Shown: piece after piece, positions 36,517 to 49,582 of the stretch
How the letters are laid out: each line of letters opens with the position of its first letter
Position numbering within the stretch: the stretch's first letter is position 1
From: Squalus acanthias
Taxonomy: Eukaryota
Assembly: GCA_030390025.1 (NCBI GenBank)
Contig: CM059425.1
Coordinates: 71,734,001 to 71,798,000, forward strand
Direction: 5' to 3'
DNA: 64,000 nucleotides
The notes under the pieces: model-generated
What the model was told of the DNA's origin: nothing
Databases searched by the model: none
The model's input: only the letters and a program-made list of their open reading frames with translations
Program-made: the position numbers and the translations under genes

Positions 36517-39500
36517 CATCTATATTTGGCATAATGTTTTTATCATCAGCTTTAACCAGCTGATGTCATACATCCTGTGGATCTAATATCAGTAAGAAAG
36601 AAACTAGCTGTCCTACCCAATTAGTCATCCCCATCTGTAATTAATCTGAATATATATTGTAATTTTTGTGCTGGTCAAGGTGTTATTGCTGGGGTGTGGA
36701 TCTCTTCCCATTTTGTTACCAAGTTAATACAGTCCTGGTATTCAATAAAGGAATGACAGTACTGGGGAAAATGGCTATGAATAACCACTGATGCTACTAC
36801 TGCTGAGCACAAGTACTGTGTATGGCATCTCTGCTTCAGTTTAGATTCTCTCTTCACGCTAAGGCGCTGACCCTTGCTGAGGTGTAGTTCCCATTGATAA
36901 TGAGTGTGAGCAAGTTGTTTGAATTCAGGGAGCATCGTACGTATGCATGCACACACCCCGTCGCCCCCACCGTTCCCCTGGCTGAGGTCAGTTAATACGG
37001 CACAGGGAATCAATTCTGGTCCATGTGGCTCAGTTATTCTTCAGAGCCTGCTGGGGGAGCCTTCCTAGAATTCGGCTAATGGTTGGTTAAGTAGAGTTGA
37101 ATGCCATATTTGAAAAGTGAAGAGATTTTTGGGCAGAGGGATGTGAGGGAGTGAATTTAGAAATACATTTTCCATAAAGTACCAGTGCATTGGCAAAATA
37201 TAGCGCTGTTCCAGGTCGAGAAAACTGTTGAGAAATGCAGAAAAGTCAAACAATAAAGATCCTCTTCCTTTTTTTTGCTTGGAAGTAAAAAAACACTGAT
37301 GGTAAACTGTCCCACGTGATGAGCTAAAATGTTGTTTATTGTCTTGCACTGCTGTGGGCGATGTAAAAAAAATAGTCGCTATTAGGAAAATACTGGAATG
37401 TTCCATTAGTGGCACAAGCACTCTACATGGTCCAGGGGCACTTTTAATAAAACTATGTCTATTCAAAACCACTTGTATAATTCTATTGAATAGCAAAGCT
37501 CACAATTTGGTGCAGTGAACGGAAATGCAAATTTAACTCTTTCCCTCTTCAAATTTCAATTTCAGTTTTTGTTGTGCTGAATAACATTCTCTGTAGTGGT
37601 GTAGGCCACAGCGTGTTACTTGAAAGGCTGCTTTTTATTACCATGGTAACCTTTACCAATTGCCATTTTTCCCCCCCCTCCCATCATTTGAATGAAACTT
37701 CCAGCTGGCTCCTGTGCTAAGTATTGGTGTGGGACTTTCAGCCCAGCAATAGCCGCAAGAAGTCTCCCAAATCTTTTCACATTCAGGAAACCTGTGTCTT
37801 GGTGTAAGACAACCGAGGCTGCTGCTGAAAATTCAAAAGAACAGCAATTGTGTAAAGCACTTTACATCCACAAGTATTGTAGTCACACAAAAAAGCAAGT
37901 TGCCACAGCAACCAGAACTATTGTCAACGTGCCACTTAGGATGCATTTTGTTCAGGATTAAATCTGAAAGTGTATGCTAGTTTACATTTATAGACCATAG
38001 AATATGAAGGTAGTTATCTCATCAGTGGTACTGACAATCGATGTGCAGATAAAATTGTTTTTGAACACCATTTAGGAACACATCAGTGCTATCAGTATAA
38101 TGACTGGACAGTGAATGTTTTTCAGGTACCGTGACACAAGTCGCGCATTTTATAATGGGAATTCCCATGTGACTGCAAGATAAGATTTTAAAATACAAGC
38201 ATATTGCAAATAATTTCTATGTCTTAGCTTTATAACATCAGCGTGAACAATGCTTGATTGTCACCATTTTTTTCTATATCAATTTCAGATCAAATCCAAA
38301 TGTACTCTAAACTTAATTCTTGGTGTTACAGAAGCTGTTCTGCAATCCACGGATTTAAGTTTGTGGCCTTTTTTCCCCCCTTTCCATTTTCTTTCCTCAC
38401 CCCTTCCTCTTCTGAAGGTGCTGACGTGATGGGTGTATGCTTCCCTGGGTGCCAACAGCACCTTGCCCAAGTGACGAGCCTTCACGTGCAAGGCTGGACA
38501 GTGGGTGTTGCCTGGCTATGTAACTACTCAGAATCTTACTAAACCCTGATCCTGTTGGGAAGGTAGACTTTCCATGACCATACATTCTTTCACACACATT
38601 TTTAAAGATTGAAATTGTACTGAGTATTATTTTGAGTGTAGTGATTAACATACTCGTGTAAAGTTCCTACATGTGGTATTTTAATTAAGTCAGTGGCCTA
38701 TTTAAAATAAACAACTTCTTTAAAATAGTACACATAGGAGTGCCTTACCCATGCACTTAATGCACCCCGCAACAGAATTTAAACCCTCTAGGTTCTGGAT
38801 GTCCCCTTAAATTCTTGATTTTTTTTGGCTTGCTCAGTGTTTCCCACACGAGAAATTATTTCCATCAGCAGCTGCAGCAGTTGTTTCCTTTCCCTCCTAG
38901 CATTTACCCATGAAAACATTTTTCAAATCATTTAGAAATAGGGCGGGAGTTGCTAATATTGGCAGACTTTGATACAGCTAGGCTGGGCTAATCTGTAATA
39001 TTTGTATTTCCGATCCTCATAAGAGCTAGAAAATGATTTGTATTTGGCTGCAAATTTGACATAGAATCATCATTCGATAAAATGTTTACCCAGAAAAGGA
39101 CTTTGCGATAAAGGTAAATGTTTTTTGGGGGAAATCTTTGTTAATGTTCATGCTATCGACTTCTCTTTCTAATCAGAGAAACAATACATACGTATACAAT
39201 ACCATGTGAAGTCACAGTATATTTTTGTTACATAGCAATTGCAGAGGGTAGGTTTTGCACATTGGGTTGTTGGCAGTTATGCACAGGTTAGGAGCCTCAA
39301 GTGTCGAGGAAGCTTGATCGTGTCCCTTGGTTTGGCCAGATCAGGGAGGAGCAAGGACTTGCCTGCATAGGGAGTCTTGCAGCATTGGATTGTTACCCGT
39401 TCTGGGGCTTTAAAGGCCTCTATTGGTTAATGGGAGTGTTCAGAGTTGGCAGTGGCAGTTTGCAAACGTTTATGTGTGCGGTGCAGGGAGATGTCCGAGT

Positions 39501-39944
39501 TGTGTAACTTCCAGGAAAGGGTTCAAAATTGCCTGGCATTCAATGAAGTGCCAGGCAAAGTCCATACATCACCCATTCCAACTGGCACTTGTTACACAAG
39601 CATTTCACATTTGTTATGGGGAAGGCTACATTTTGCCACAGGGCAGGGGTGCAAATTTTTGTGGCTAGCAAAGACAAATGTGTAAGCTTACAAGTTGCCA
39701 GGGGGCTCGGTCTCCAAGAGGTAGGCCAAATAAGGCCTGGGTCTGCAGCAATTGCATATCTGGTCCTATTCTCTGGTCCCTTGGACTGCTATCCAGATGA
39801 CTGAATGCAGCACATGTGTAGCAGTGAACCTTTCTAACCGTAGTTTTAACAGTCATCTCCCAGGGAGGGATGGAATATTTGTGGGGTTAGGTAGATCCTA
39901 CGTATTACCTTGAGCTGGCCAGATTTTAACACCTGGAGGAAATC

Positions 39945-41720
39945 ATGTGGGTGGGGGCCAAGGTGAAGGGGAAACCATCGGCCCGCCAACTCTCTGACAC
40001 CTCCTCCTACCTCCACCTGGACCATGACCCCACTACCGAACATCAAGCCACCGTGTCCAAGACTGTCACTGACCTCATCTCCTCTGGAGATCTTCCCCCC
40101 ACGGCCGCCAACCTCATAGTTCCCCAACCCTGCACAGCCCGCTTCTACCTCCTTCCCAAGATCCACAAACAGGACTGCCCCGGTAGACCCATCGTTTCAG
40201 CCTGTTCTTGCCCCACGGAACTTATCTCTTCCTATCTCGACTCTATTTTTTCTCCCCTTGTCCAGTCTCTTCCCACCTACATCCGCGACTCTTCCGATGC
40301 CCTCCGCCATTTTAACAGTTTCCAGTTTCCCGGCCCCAACCGTCTCCTCTTCACTATGGACGTACAATCCCTCTACACCTCCATTCCCCACCAGGATGGC
40401 CTGAGGGCGCTCCGCTTCTTCCTTGAACAGAGGCCCAACCAGTCCCCATCCACCACCACCCTCCTCCGCCTGGCTGAACTTGTTCTCACATTGAACAACT
40501 TCTCCTTTGACTCTACCCATTTCCTCCAAATTAAAGGTGTTGCTATGGGTACCCGCATGGGTCCTAGCTATGCCTGCCTTTTCGTGGGATATGTGGAACA
40601 CTCTTTGTTCCAGTCCTACTCGGGTCCCCTCCCTCACCTCTTTTTCCGGTACATTGATGACTGTATCGGTGCCGTCTCCTGCTCTCGCCCTGAACTAGAA
40701 CATTTCATTCACTATGCTTCCAATTTCCACCCTTCCCTCACCTTCACATGGTCCATCTCCGACTCTTCCCTTCCCTTCCTCGACTTCTCCATCTCCATCT
40801 CTGGGGATAGGTTATTGACTAACATTCACTACAAGCCCACCGACTCCCACAGCTACCTGGACTACACTTCCTCCCACCCCGCCTCCTGTAAGGACTCTAT
40901 TCCATTCTCCCAGTTTCTCCGTCTCCGCCGCATCTGCTCTGATGATGCCACCTTCCATACCAGTGCTTCCGACATGTCTTCCTTTTTCCTCAACCGAGGA
41001 TTCCCCTCTACCGTGGTCGACACGGCCCTCGACCGTGTCCGTTCTATCTCCCGCACATCTGCCCTCACCCCTGCCCCTCCCTCCCGGAACCACGATAGGG
41101 TTCCCCTTGTCCTCACCTTTCACCCCACCAGCCTCCACATTCAACGGATCATCCTCCGCCATTTCCGCCACCTCCAGCGTGATCCCACCACTAAACACAT
41201 CTTCCCCTCACCTCCCCTTTCAGCATTCCGTAGGGACCGCGCCCTCCGCGACACCCTAGTCCACTCCTCTACCACCCCCAGCACCCCTTCCCCTTCGCCC
41301 GGCACCTTCCCGTGCACGCGCAGGAGATGCAACACATGCCCTTATACCTCCCCTCTTCCCACTGTCCAGGGCCCCAAACACCCCTTCCAGGTGAAACAGC
41401 GATTTACTTGTACTTCCTGCAATTTAGTATACTGTATTCGCTGCTCACGATGTGGACTCCTCTACATTGGGGAGACCAAACGCAGATTGGGTGACCGCTT
41501 TGCGGAACACCTCCGTTCAGTCCGTAAGGGGGACCCCGAGCTCCCGGTGGCCTGTCACTTTAATTCACCGCTTCACTCCCACTCTGACCTCACCGTCCTC
41601 GGCCTATTACACTGTTCCACGGAAGCTCAGCGTAAGCTCGAGGAACAGCACCTCATCTTTCGTTTAGGCACGCTACAGCCCTCTGGACTCAATATCGAGT
41701 TCAACAATTTTAGATCATAA
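39945..41720 (+). CDS. Penelope-like reverse transcriptase / GIY-YIG endonuclease (N-terminally truncated)
   Basis: PKIHK, PGRPIVS, MDVQSLYT, GVAMGTRMGPSYA, FRYIDD, LPFLD, YKPTD, Cys linker CTRRRCNTC, NLVYCIRCSRCGLLYIGET...RFAEH. First ~13 codons come from the flanking MITE. Confidence 0.9.
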   Translation: MWVGAKVKGKPSARQLSDTSSYLHLDHDPTTEHQATVSKTVTDLISSGDLPPTAANLIVPQPCTARFYLLPKIHKQDCPGRPIVSACSCPTELISSYLDSIFSPLVQSLPTYIRDSSDALRHFNSFQFPGPNRLLFTMDVQSLYTSIPHQDGLRALRFFLEQRPNQSPSTTTLLRLAELVLTLNNFSFDSTHFLQIKGVAMGTRMGPSYACLFVGYVEHSLFQSYSGPLPHLFFRYIDDCIGAVSCSRPELEHFIHYASNFHPSLTFTWSISDSSLPFLDFSISISGDRLLTNIHYKPTDSHSYLDYTSSHPASCKDSIPFSQFLRLRRICSDDATFHTSASDMSSFFLNRGFPSTVVDTALDRVRSISRTSALTPAPPSRNHDRVPLVLTFHPTSLHIQRIILRHFRHLQRDPTTKHIFPSPPLSAFRRDRALRDTLVHSSTTPSTPSPSPGTFPCTRRRCNTCPYTSPLPTVQGPKHPFQVKQRFTCTSCNLVYCIRCSRCGLLYIGETKRRLGDRFAEHLRSVRKGDPELPVACHFNSPLHSHSDLTVLGLLHCSTEAQRKLEEQHLIFRLGTLQPSGLNIEFNNFRS

Positions 41721-42088
41721 CCTCAGCTCCAATCACATTTATATTTTATTTTATCCACCCTTTTATTTGTCCCCCCCCACCTTTTTTTTCCTCCTAGAAG
41801 CTGGCAGCTGTCCTTCATTCTGCCAGTGGATTTCACACTTCATTCAGCCTTAATCTGTCACATTAACACCACCTCTAGCCTTGCATATCTCTTAATGTCT
41901 CTCCATCTCCCCCTTTGTTCCTTTATCCCCTCCCCCTTTTCCCAGCTTTACCCTGGCCTTAAATCTATTTGATTTCCGGCTCTTCCCAGTTCTGATGAAA
42001 GGTCATCGACCTGAAACGTTAACTCTCTTTCTCTCTCCACGGATGCTGCCTGGCCTGCTGAGTTTTTCCAGCGTTTTCTGTTGTTATT
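39985..42088 (+). mobile_element. Penelope-like retroelement (family A, probably Neptune clade), 5'-truncated
   Basis: Open RT + GIY-YIG ORF, pyrimidine-rich 3' UTR with a hammerhead motif. Candidate TSD TCGGCCC at 39978-39984 and 42089-42095. Confidence 0.93.
41988..42024 (+). ncRNA. Putative minimal type I hammerhead ribozyme in PLE 3' UTR
   Basis: AGTT-CTGATGA-A-AGGTC atc GACCT-GAAA-CGTT-AACT. Predicted cleavage after GUU at 42020. Confidence 0.75.
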
Positions 42089-44764
42089 TCGGCCCTCCAC
42101 ACAGTTAGGCCCCGGGATTTAAATGGTCTACATGGGCCCTGTCAGTGTCCTACCCGAGCCCAGCAGGAAGCACTAGCTTTGGGTTGCAGGAGGCTGGCAC
42201 CGGGAACCCAAAGGAACGGTCCCTGGCAATCAGGTACGTTCTTAAGAGGGGCGAGAGGGAGAGAGAAGCCCGGGGCAGGGGAGCGGGAGGGAAGCCCGAG
42301 AAGGTCCAAGGTTTCCTTATGGAGTCTGGAGGAACACTCCTGTTCCTCTTGGCCTACAAGGAAAGCAAAAAATGGAAAAACAACTTAATTTTCTGTGCCT
42401 CTTCTGGCCCCGGATCCATCTGCCGAATGTTTTACTAGCATTTCCGGGGCTGGGCAGGACTGCCGTGACTTCTAGTTAAAATTGCGTCGTGGTCCTAATT
42501 GCTTCATAGGACCCCGATGTTAATATATTCATGAGCTGCCTGCCTGGCTGTGGCAGGCACCTTAGCCACCTACGCAAACTGCACGCTTAAAATGGCAGCG
42601 GGCAGGAGCGCATCAGAAACGCAGCGGTAAGTACTCCACTGTTATTTTAACCACCTGCTCGCCCCATTCCAATCGGGTGGGCAGGGTTAAAATCGGGGCT
42701 CTAGTTTCAGTGACTGATACACATCACGCAGTAACCCAGTTGTTTTTCTGTTTACCAATACAATGTTCCCAGTTTTTCTACACACGCGCTTCTGGACTAT
42801 TTGAGTGCATTTTGCCTTTTGAACTGTCTCAAAATGAATTATCCAATACTGTTTGTTTATATTCTTACGCAATGCTAATATTTAGAAATATATAATTAAA
42901 AAAAGCTCAAAGATGTTCTTTTGAGGAATCATACATTATTTCCCCCCCAAAAAGTCCAAAGTGACAGTAGCATAACTGGCAACAATAAATATTCTTTAGG
43001 GTATTTGCAGCACTGTATTATAACTTATTGTCCAAACTGATTCCCAACGAGCCTTGTATATAAAGTGAGCTGAGTGGAGCTGAAGAATTAATCGTGCATA
43101 AAATATGGTGTCTTAGGGACTGCACAGGAAAAGCTACACGTGGGGAAATGGAGATGTAGAAGCTAGTTTTGGTTTCTGAATGGAAAGATCTGGCCTAACC
43201 AAAAACAACAACACAAACTGTGTCTATGCACCTTCCTCTATTGTATGTTTTTCTTGGTTGTTTAATGTACTTTTATTACATGTGATTTCATTTTAGCTGG
43301 GAGGACATTTATTTAAATTTCTGTATATAATCTAACAATTAGTGTACCTTGATGATTCTGAACCTGCATATCTGTAACTGGGAGTAACCACATAGTCTGT
43401 CAAATTAACCACTAAAATGCATTTGGAATAAATAGCTGCTGTCTGTGGCCAGAACATCTTACCCACTAAAGTTACTGTTGTACAAAACAGAACGTGCTTT
43501 TCAACTAAAACGAGAATCCAGCTTTAGTGTTGAAGACCTGAAGGGTTGTGCAGTAAATTTTATGGTTTGCTCTCGTGTTCGAAACAAAGATAGTCTCGGC
43601 ATTCTAATGGCCAAAATGTATGTCATCATCAACTCGGTTGTTAAAGTTCAGAGTGTGCGTGATGTAGGTCCCTTCTGTCAAACATTATTGATCCCTCCTC
43701 TCAAAGAGCTAGATATTTCAAAGCAAAGTACACTACTCAGAAGCCTCATTTGGAGATGTGACATTTCAGCTCTGCATGTGTTAGACTAGGTAGTGCATTA
43801 TCCCCACAAATAGGTAGCGATTGGAGCCTGTGTACGTCTCAACTTCCAAAGGCGGCTTAACCCCAGGACTTCTGAGGGTAGCTCTGATGTGTAGAAGCAC
43901 AGCAGGAAAGCTTTCCTCTTAAAATTTCGTGTATTTATCAGTCAGTCATTTTGTTTCTCCTTAACCCTTTGCTCTTCTCAAATAAAGCTCTTCTAAGTAC
44001 AGTTCCCTGATAATTCAAGTGACAGAGAAGGTTCAGTTTAAATCCTAGGTTTCACTCGCATTTCAAATTGCTTTGCTTTCATTGATAAGTTCCACCAGCT
44101 TTTGGCCAAGTTGTAAGACAGCACACTGCATGGCAACAGAATGATCGGAGGTGGTTGGAGGCTGGCCCAGGCCGAAAATTAGTTCTGTACTGAACACGTT
44201 ACGTAGCCACTCCATTACTTGACCCACTGCAGAGTGACACATGGCCACGGAAGAGTCCTTAGCTCAAACTGTCCGCTCCCAACTGGTGGAGAATGGGAGT
44301 GGCGTGGGGGGTGGCAGAGAATAACCTAAAAGGTCGGGCAACTAGGAAAGTCTTGCATTTTGATTCTTTTTAGCGAAAAGTCTCTTGAAAAGATTAAAGC
44401 ACAGAATTGCAATGCATGCTGGTATCAATATATAATTGAATTTTTTTTGAGAGATTAGTGAGATTTTAAATCCCCCCATTGATTAAATTTTATTGAGTTT
44501 GTGGCCGAGAAATTGGTCCATGCAGCACCCATTTTTCAGGTGCTACTCGGACTACTAAGGCCCCAATATGGCAGGATGGCCCTTTGCATATGTATCTGAG
44601 ACTTTGCTGAGATTGTGTACAGATAGAGAAACACTCATTTTGCAATCACCTGGAGGTCAGCATAGAGGCCACTGGCAGCATTTCCCATCTAGTGTTTGTC
44701 GATGTCTCCTGACTAAAACTGCCGGGCGGGATTTAAGTTTCCACACTGTCCTGAGGTCGCTCCA

Positions 44765-44945
44765 GAATGCATGAAGCTTGTGGAAGGGGCTGAAGATGAC
44801 TTCAGTCTTCCCAATATTTAGCTGGAGGAAATTGCGACTCCTGGCTAGATGTTGAACAAGCAGTCTGACAGCACATAACCAGTGGCGGGCTCGAGAGAGA
44901 GAGAGCGCGCAAGAGATGGTGGAGAGGTAGAGCTGGGTATAAACC
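44765..44945 (-). mobile_element. L2 LINE RT fragment
   Basis: Translates ...TQLYLST...SRNFLQLNIGKTEVIFSP, typical of L2 ORF2 just after YADD. Confidence 0.7.
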
Positions 44946-45726
44946 AGTTTCCTTTTACGGCTCTTCACCAACTGCCTGCAAATCACAGCTAACCATCTTG
45001 CAGAAGAGTTGTGGAACTGCTCCTGAGAAAAACAATCTTGCAGATTTGCAAAATGCTAGTGATAGAAGCCTTTATCTTTCTATCTATGTTACATAGTTTA
45101 ATCTCTGAAACTGAAACTATAGAAATTAGCTACATAGAGAACATGCAGGCTGCACAAAGGAAGATAGTGCTGTCGTAGAGCTCTGTGGTGCATAATGATT
45201 CAGTGGGACTTCAGTAGCACAAAGTGAATGTAAAGAGAAGAAAATGCATAAAAATTATTTGGAGACGTTTTAGCCCCAATGGTTTATGACGCCATTACGA
45301 TCACACCCTCCTTCTATGCGTTGTGGGAAAGTTCATATACACGGCACAGTGAGCAGAGTTGTAAATGTTTAGGTGAAGTGATACGAGATAAAAATAATTA
45401 AACTGACCATGATCAACCTTGCACGTGTCCAGCATCACCTGATGTCCAGCACTGTGCTTCCTTTGTAAGGTGTAGCTCACTAATTTAAATCTTTCACTAA
45501 ATTGTATTGGAGTTTTAAATATGTGAAGTACGAAAGCAGTTTTTTTAAACAAGTTAAAACATTTCAAAAAGGATTACACTGCCTTTACCCACTGCTCTCA
45601 CGCCAGTACAAAGCAGTTTCAGATGTGCGTCAACTCAAGAGTCAAAATCTAAACCAAATCCCCAGCACCCTTAAGCCAGGAGATATGAAGCCTACTCTAG
45701 TAGATGGTGTCACAACACTGGTTGTG

Positions 45727-45912
45727 GGGGGTGTAATTCAACTTGGGTGGCAACGTTAAACTGGCGTTATTGTGTGTGCCGCCTGTTATACACCCCACGT
45801 GATATTCAGTTCTATTGAAGTCAATGGAACTAACTATTGGGCGGGGAGTATAACAGGCAGCCCATGCGATAATGCCCATTTTGCGATATCGTTCAGTACA
45901 AATTTCTAACCC
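45727..45912. mobile_element. Short MITE (related fragment at ~71-150)
   Basis: Ends gggggtgtaatt / aatttctaaccc, internal inverted cctgttatac/gtataacagg. Confidence 0.55.
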
Positions 45913-45915
45913 TTG

Positions 45916-46661
45916 GGGGGAGAAATTCGGTTGGTTAGCGCCTCCCGTTAGCGCTCGGGGGGGGGCGCGGTGGGCGACCGGGCGCAGCGAAGCCCGCGAA
46001 CTTCAGTGTCGGTTTAGCACCAGCGCTAACTCTTACCGCCTGGGCCTCTAGTGCCTCGCAGATTGTGATGTCATGAAGTGCGCAGCGCCCAGTTATCGCC
46101 CCGGATGTGAAATTACCTCCCGCCCCCTGCTGTATTGCCAGCTGTCAGCAACGGCAGGAAGAGGAGGCGTTGTCACATCAGCTGGCCGCTTGGGGAGCGC
46201 TAATTAAAGGGAATGGTTTTCAGGTAGGCCAACCTTTATTATTTGCACCAGTCTGGTGCCTGCGCAAAGTTTTTGATGTTTCATTGCTGCAAGATGTCCT
46301 AGCCCTCCACTTTGAGAGTGTGTTTGGGGCTGTAATGGCAGTCGCGCAGGTCGCCTTGCAACACAGAACTGCCAACAAGTAGGTTATGCACCATCACTGG
46401 CCCTTCCCTTTAAGCGAGGGAAGCAGCCTCTGATGCCGTTAGTAATGCGCTCCAAATTGTTCAGCGCTCTGCCACTACCGCCCCGCTCTCGGACTGTAGC
46501 GCCCTAAGACAAGTGGTTAGCGATTGATTTAGCGCGCCACTTCCCTCTTGGAGCGCTAAAGCTGAATTTCCCTGCAGGAGAAAATCATTAGCGCCTGGCG
46601 CTGCTTTTTCTACTTTTCAAAAGTTAGTGCCCCAACTGGGGCTATACCGAATTTCTAGCCC
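45916..46661. mobile_element. Non-autonomous Harbinger-type element related to 731-1623 (opposite orientation)
   Basis: Ends GGGGGAGAAATTCGG / CCGAATTTCTAGCCC. Subterminal ttagcgcctcccgttagcgc shared with the reverse complement of 1585-1623. Confidence 0.72.
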
Positions 46662-46727
46662 GACGGTCATTGCACCAGGTGCAATATAGTTCCAGGCCGG
46701 CATAAAGTCACATTTTAAAGATGTTCA

Positions 46728-48971
46728 GATGTGGAGACAAAGTCCCGTCTTCACACTGAGGACACCCTCCATCGTGTTGTGTGGCACTACTACCGTGCTA
46801 AATGGGATAGATTCAGAACAGATCCAGCAGCTCAAAACTGGGCATCCATGAGGTGCTATGAGCCATCAGCAGCAGCAGAATTGTATTCCACCACAATCTG
46901 TAACCTCATGGCCCGGCATATCCCTCACTCTACCATTACCATCAAGCCAGGGGACCAACTTTGGTTCAATAAGGAGTGTAGAAGAGCATGCCAGGAGCAG
47001 CACCAGGCATACCTAAAAATGCTGTGCCAACCTGGGGAAGCTGCAACACAGGACTACATGCAAGCTAAAAAGTGGAAGCAGCATGCTATAGACAGGCTAA
47101 GCGATCCCACAATCAATGGATCAGATCAAAGCTCTGCACTCCTGCCACATCTAGTCGTGAATGGTGGTGGACCATTAAACAACTAACGGGAGGAGGCTCC
47201 ATGAATATCCCCATCCTCAATGATGGTGGAGCCCAGCACATGAGTGCAGAAGACAAGGCTGAAGCGTTTGCAACCATCTTTAGCCATAAGTGCCGAGTGG
47301 ATGATCTACCTTGGCCTCCTCCTGAGGTCGTCACCATCACAGAAGCCAGTCTCCAGCCAATTCTATTCACTCCACGTGATATCAAGAAACGGCTGAGCGC
47401 ACTGGATACAGCAAAGGCTGTGGCCCCGGCAATATCCCGGCTGTCGTGCTGAAGGCTTGTGCTCCAGAACTAGCCGCACCTCTAGCCAAGCTGTTCCAGT
47501 ACAGCTATAACACTGGCATCTATCCGATGATGTGGAAAACGGCCCAGGTATGTCCTGTCCAAAAAAGCAGGACAAATCCAATCCGGTCAATTACCGCCCC
47601 ATCAGTCTACTCTTAATCATCAGCAAAGTGATGGAAGATGTCGTCGACAGTGCTATTAAGCGGCACTTACTCACCAATAACCTGCTCACTGATGCCCAGT
47701 TTGGGTTCCGCCAAGACAACTCAGCTCCCGAACTCATTACAGCCTTGGTCCAAACATGGACAAAAGAGCTGAATTCCAGAGGTGAGGTGAGAGTGACTGC
47801 CCTTGACATCAAGTCAGCATTTGACCGAGTCTGGCATCAAGGAGCCCTAGTAAAACTGAAGTCAACGGGAATCAGGGGGAAAATGCTCCACTGGCTGGAG
47901 TCATACCTAGCACAAAGGAAGATGGTTGTGGTGGTTGAAGGTCAATCATCACAGCCCCAGGATATCACTGCAGGAATTCCTCAGGGCAGTGTCCAAGGCC
48001 CAACCATCTTCAGCTGCTTCATCAATGACCTTCCCTCCAACATAAGGTCAGAAATGGGGATGTTCGCTGATGACTGCACAGTGTTCAGCGCCATTCGCAA
48101 CTCTTCAGAAAATGAAGCAGTTCATGCTCGCATGCAACAAGACCTGGACGACGTTCAGGCTTGGTCTGAGAAGTGGCAGGTAACATTCATGCCAGAGAAG
48201 TGCCAGGCAATGACTATCTCCAACAAGCGAGAGTCTAACCACCTCCCCTTGACATTCAATGGCATTACCATCGCCGAATCCCACACTATCAACATCCTGG
48301 GGGTCACCATTGACCAGAAACTTAACTGGACCAGCCACATAAATACTGTGGCAACAAGTGCAGGTCAGAGGCTAGGTATTCTGCGGCGAGTGTCTCACCT
48401 CCTGACTCCCCAAAGCCTTTCCACCATCTACAAGGCACAAGTAAGGAGTGTGATGGAATACTCTCCACTTGCCTGGATGAGTGCAGTTCCAACAACACTC
48501 AAGAAGCTCGACACCATCTAGGACAAAGCAGCCTACTTGATTGGCACCCCATCCACCACCTTAAACATTCGCTCCCTCCATCACTGGCGTACTGTGGCTG
48601 CAGTGAGTACCCTCTACAAGATGCACTGCAGCAACTCGCCAAGGCTTCTTCGGCAGCACCTCCCAAACCCGTGACCTCTTCCACCTAGAAGGACAAGGGC
48701 AGCAGGCGCATGGGAACACCACCACCTCCAATTTCCCCTCCAAGTCACACACCATCCTGACTTAAAAGTATATCGCCGATCCTTCATCGTCGCTGGGTCA
48801 AAATCCTGGAACTCCCTCCCTAACAGCACTGTGGGAGTACCATCACCACACGGACTGCAGCGGTTCAAGGCGGCGGCTCACCACCACCTTCTCAAGGGCA
48901 ACTAGGGATGGGCAATAAATGCTGGCATTGCCAGCGATGCCCTGATCCCATAAACGAATTAAAAAAAAAAA
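46728..48971 (+). mobile_element. CR1/L2-group LINE, 5'-truncated, with RT domain and poly(A)
   Basis: ORF 47532..48521 (NYRPISL, QFGFR, LDIKSAFDRVWH, GIPQGS, FADD), upstream frameshifts, AATAAA and A-tail. Confidence 0.92.
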
Positions 48972-49582
48972 CACAAGAGCAGGTCAGAGGCTGAGTATTC
49001 TGCGGCGAGTGTCTCACCTCCTGACTCCCCAACGCCTTTCCACCAACTACAAGGCACACGTCAGGAGTGTGATGGAATCCTCTCCACTTGACTGGATGAG
49101 CGCAGCTCCAACAACACTCAAGAAGCTCGACACCATCCAAGACAAAGCAGCCTGCTTGATTGGCACCCCATCCACCACCTTAAACATTCACTTCCTCCAC
49201 CACCAGCGTACCGTGGCTCCAGTGTGTACAAGATACCCTGTAGCAACTCGCCAAGGCTTTTTTGGCAACACCTCCCAAACCCACGACCTCTACCACCTAG
49301 AAGGACAAGGGCTGCAGGCACATGGAAACACCACCATCTCCAAGTTCCCCTCCAAGTCACAGACCATCCTGACTTGGAAGTATATCGCCGTTCCTTCATC
49401 GTCGCTGGGTCAAAATCCTGGAATTCCCTCCCTAACAGCACTGTGGGAGTACCTTCACCACACGGACTGCAGCGGTTCAAGAAGGTGGCTTACCACCACC
49501 TTCTCAAGGGCAACTAGGGATGGGCAATAAATGCTGGCCTTGCCAGCGACGCCCACATCCTATGAACGAATGAAAAAAAAAA
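48972..49582 (+). mobile_element. Second 3' end of the same LINE family, directly after the first poly(A)
   Basis: Diverged direct repeat of ~48354-48970, with its own A-tail. Confidence 0.9.

Larger units (their letters stand above)
39917..42699. mobile_element. Harbinger-type MITE split by a Penelope insertion
   Basis: Ends GGCCAGATTTTAAC / GTTAAAATCGGGGC. Pieces at 39917-39984 and 42089-42699. Confidence 0.6.

Noticed and set aside
39529-39558. Short hairpin TTGCCTGGCA...TGCCAGGCAA
   Set aside because: Isolated 10-bp stem (NFI-like half sites) with no other support.
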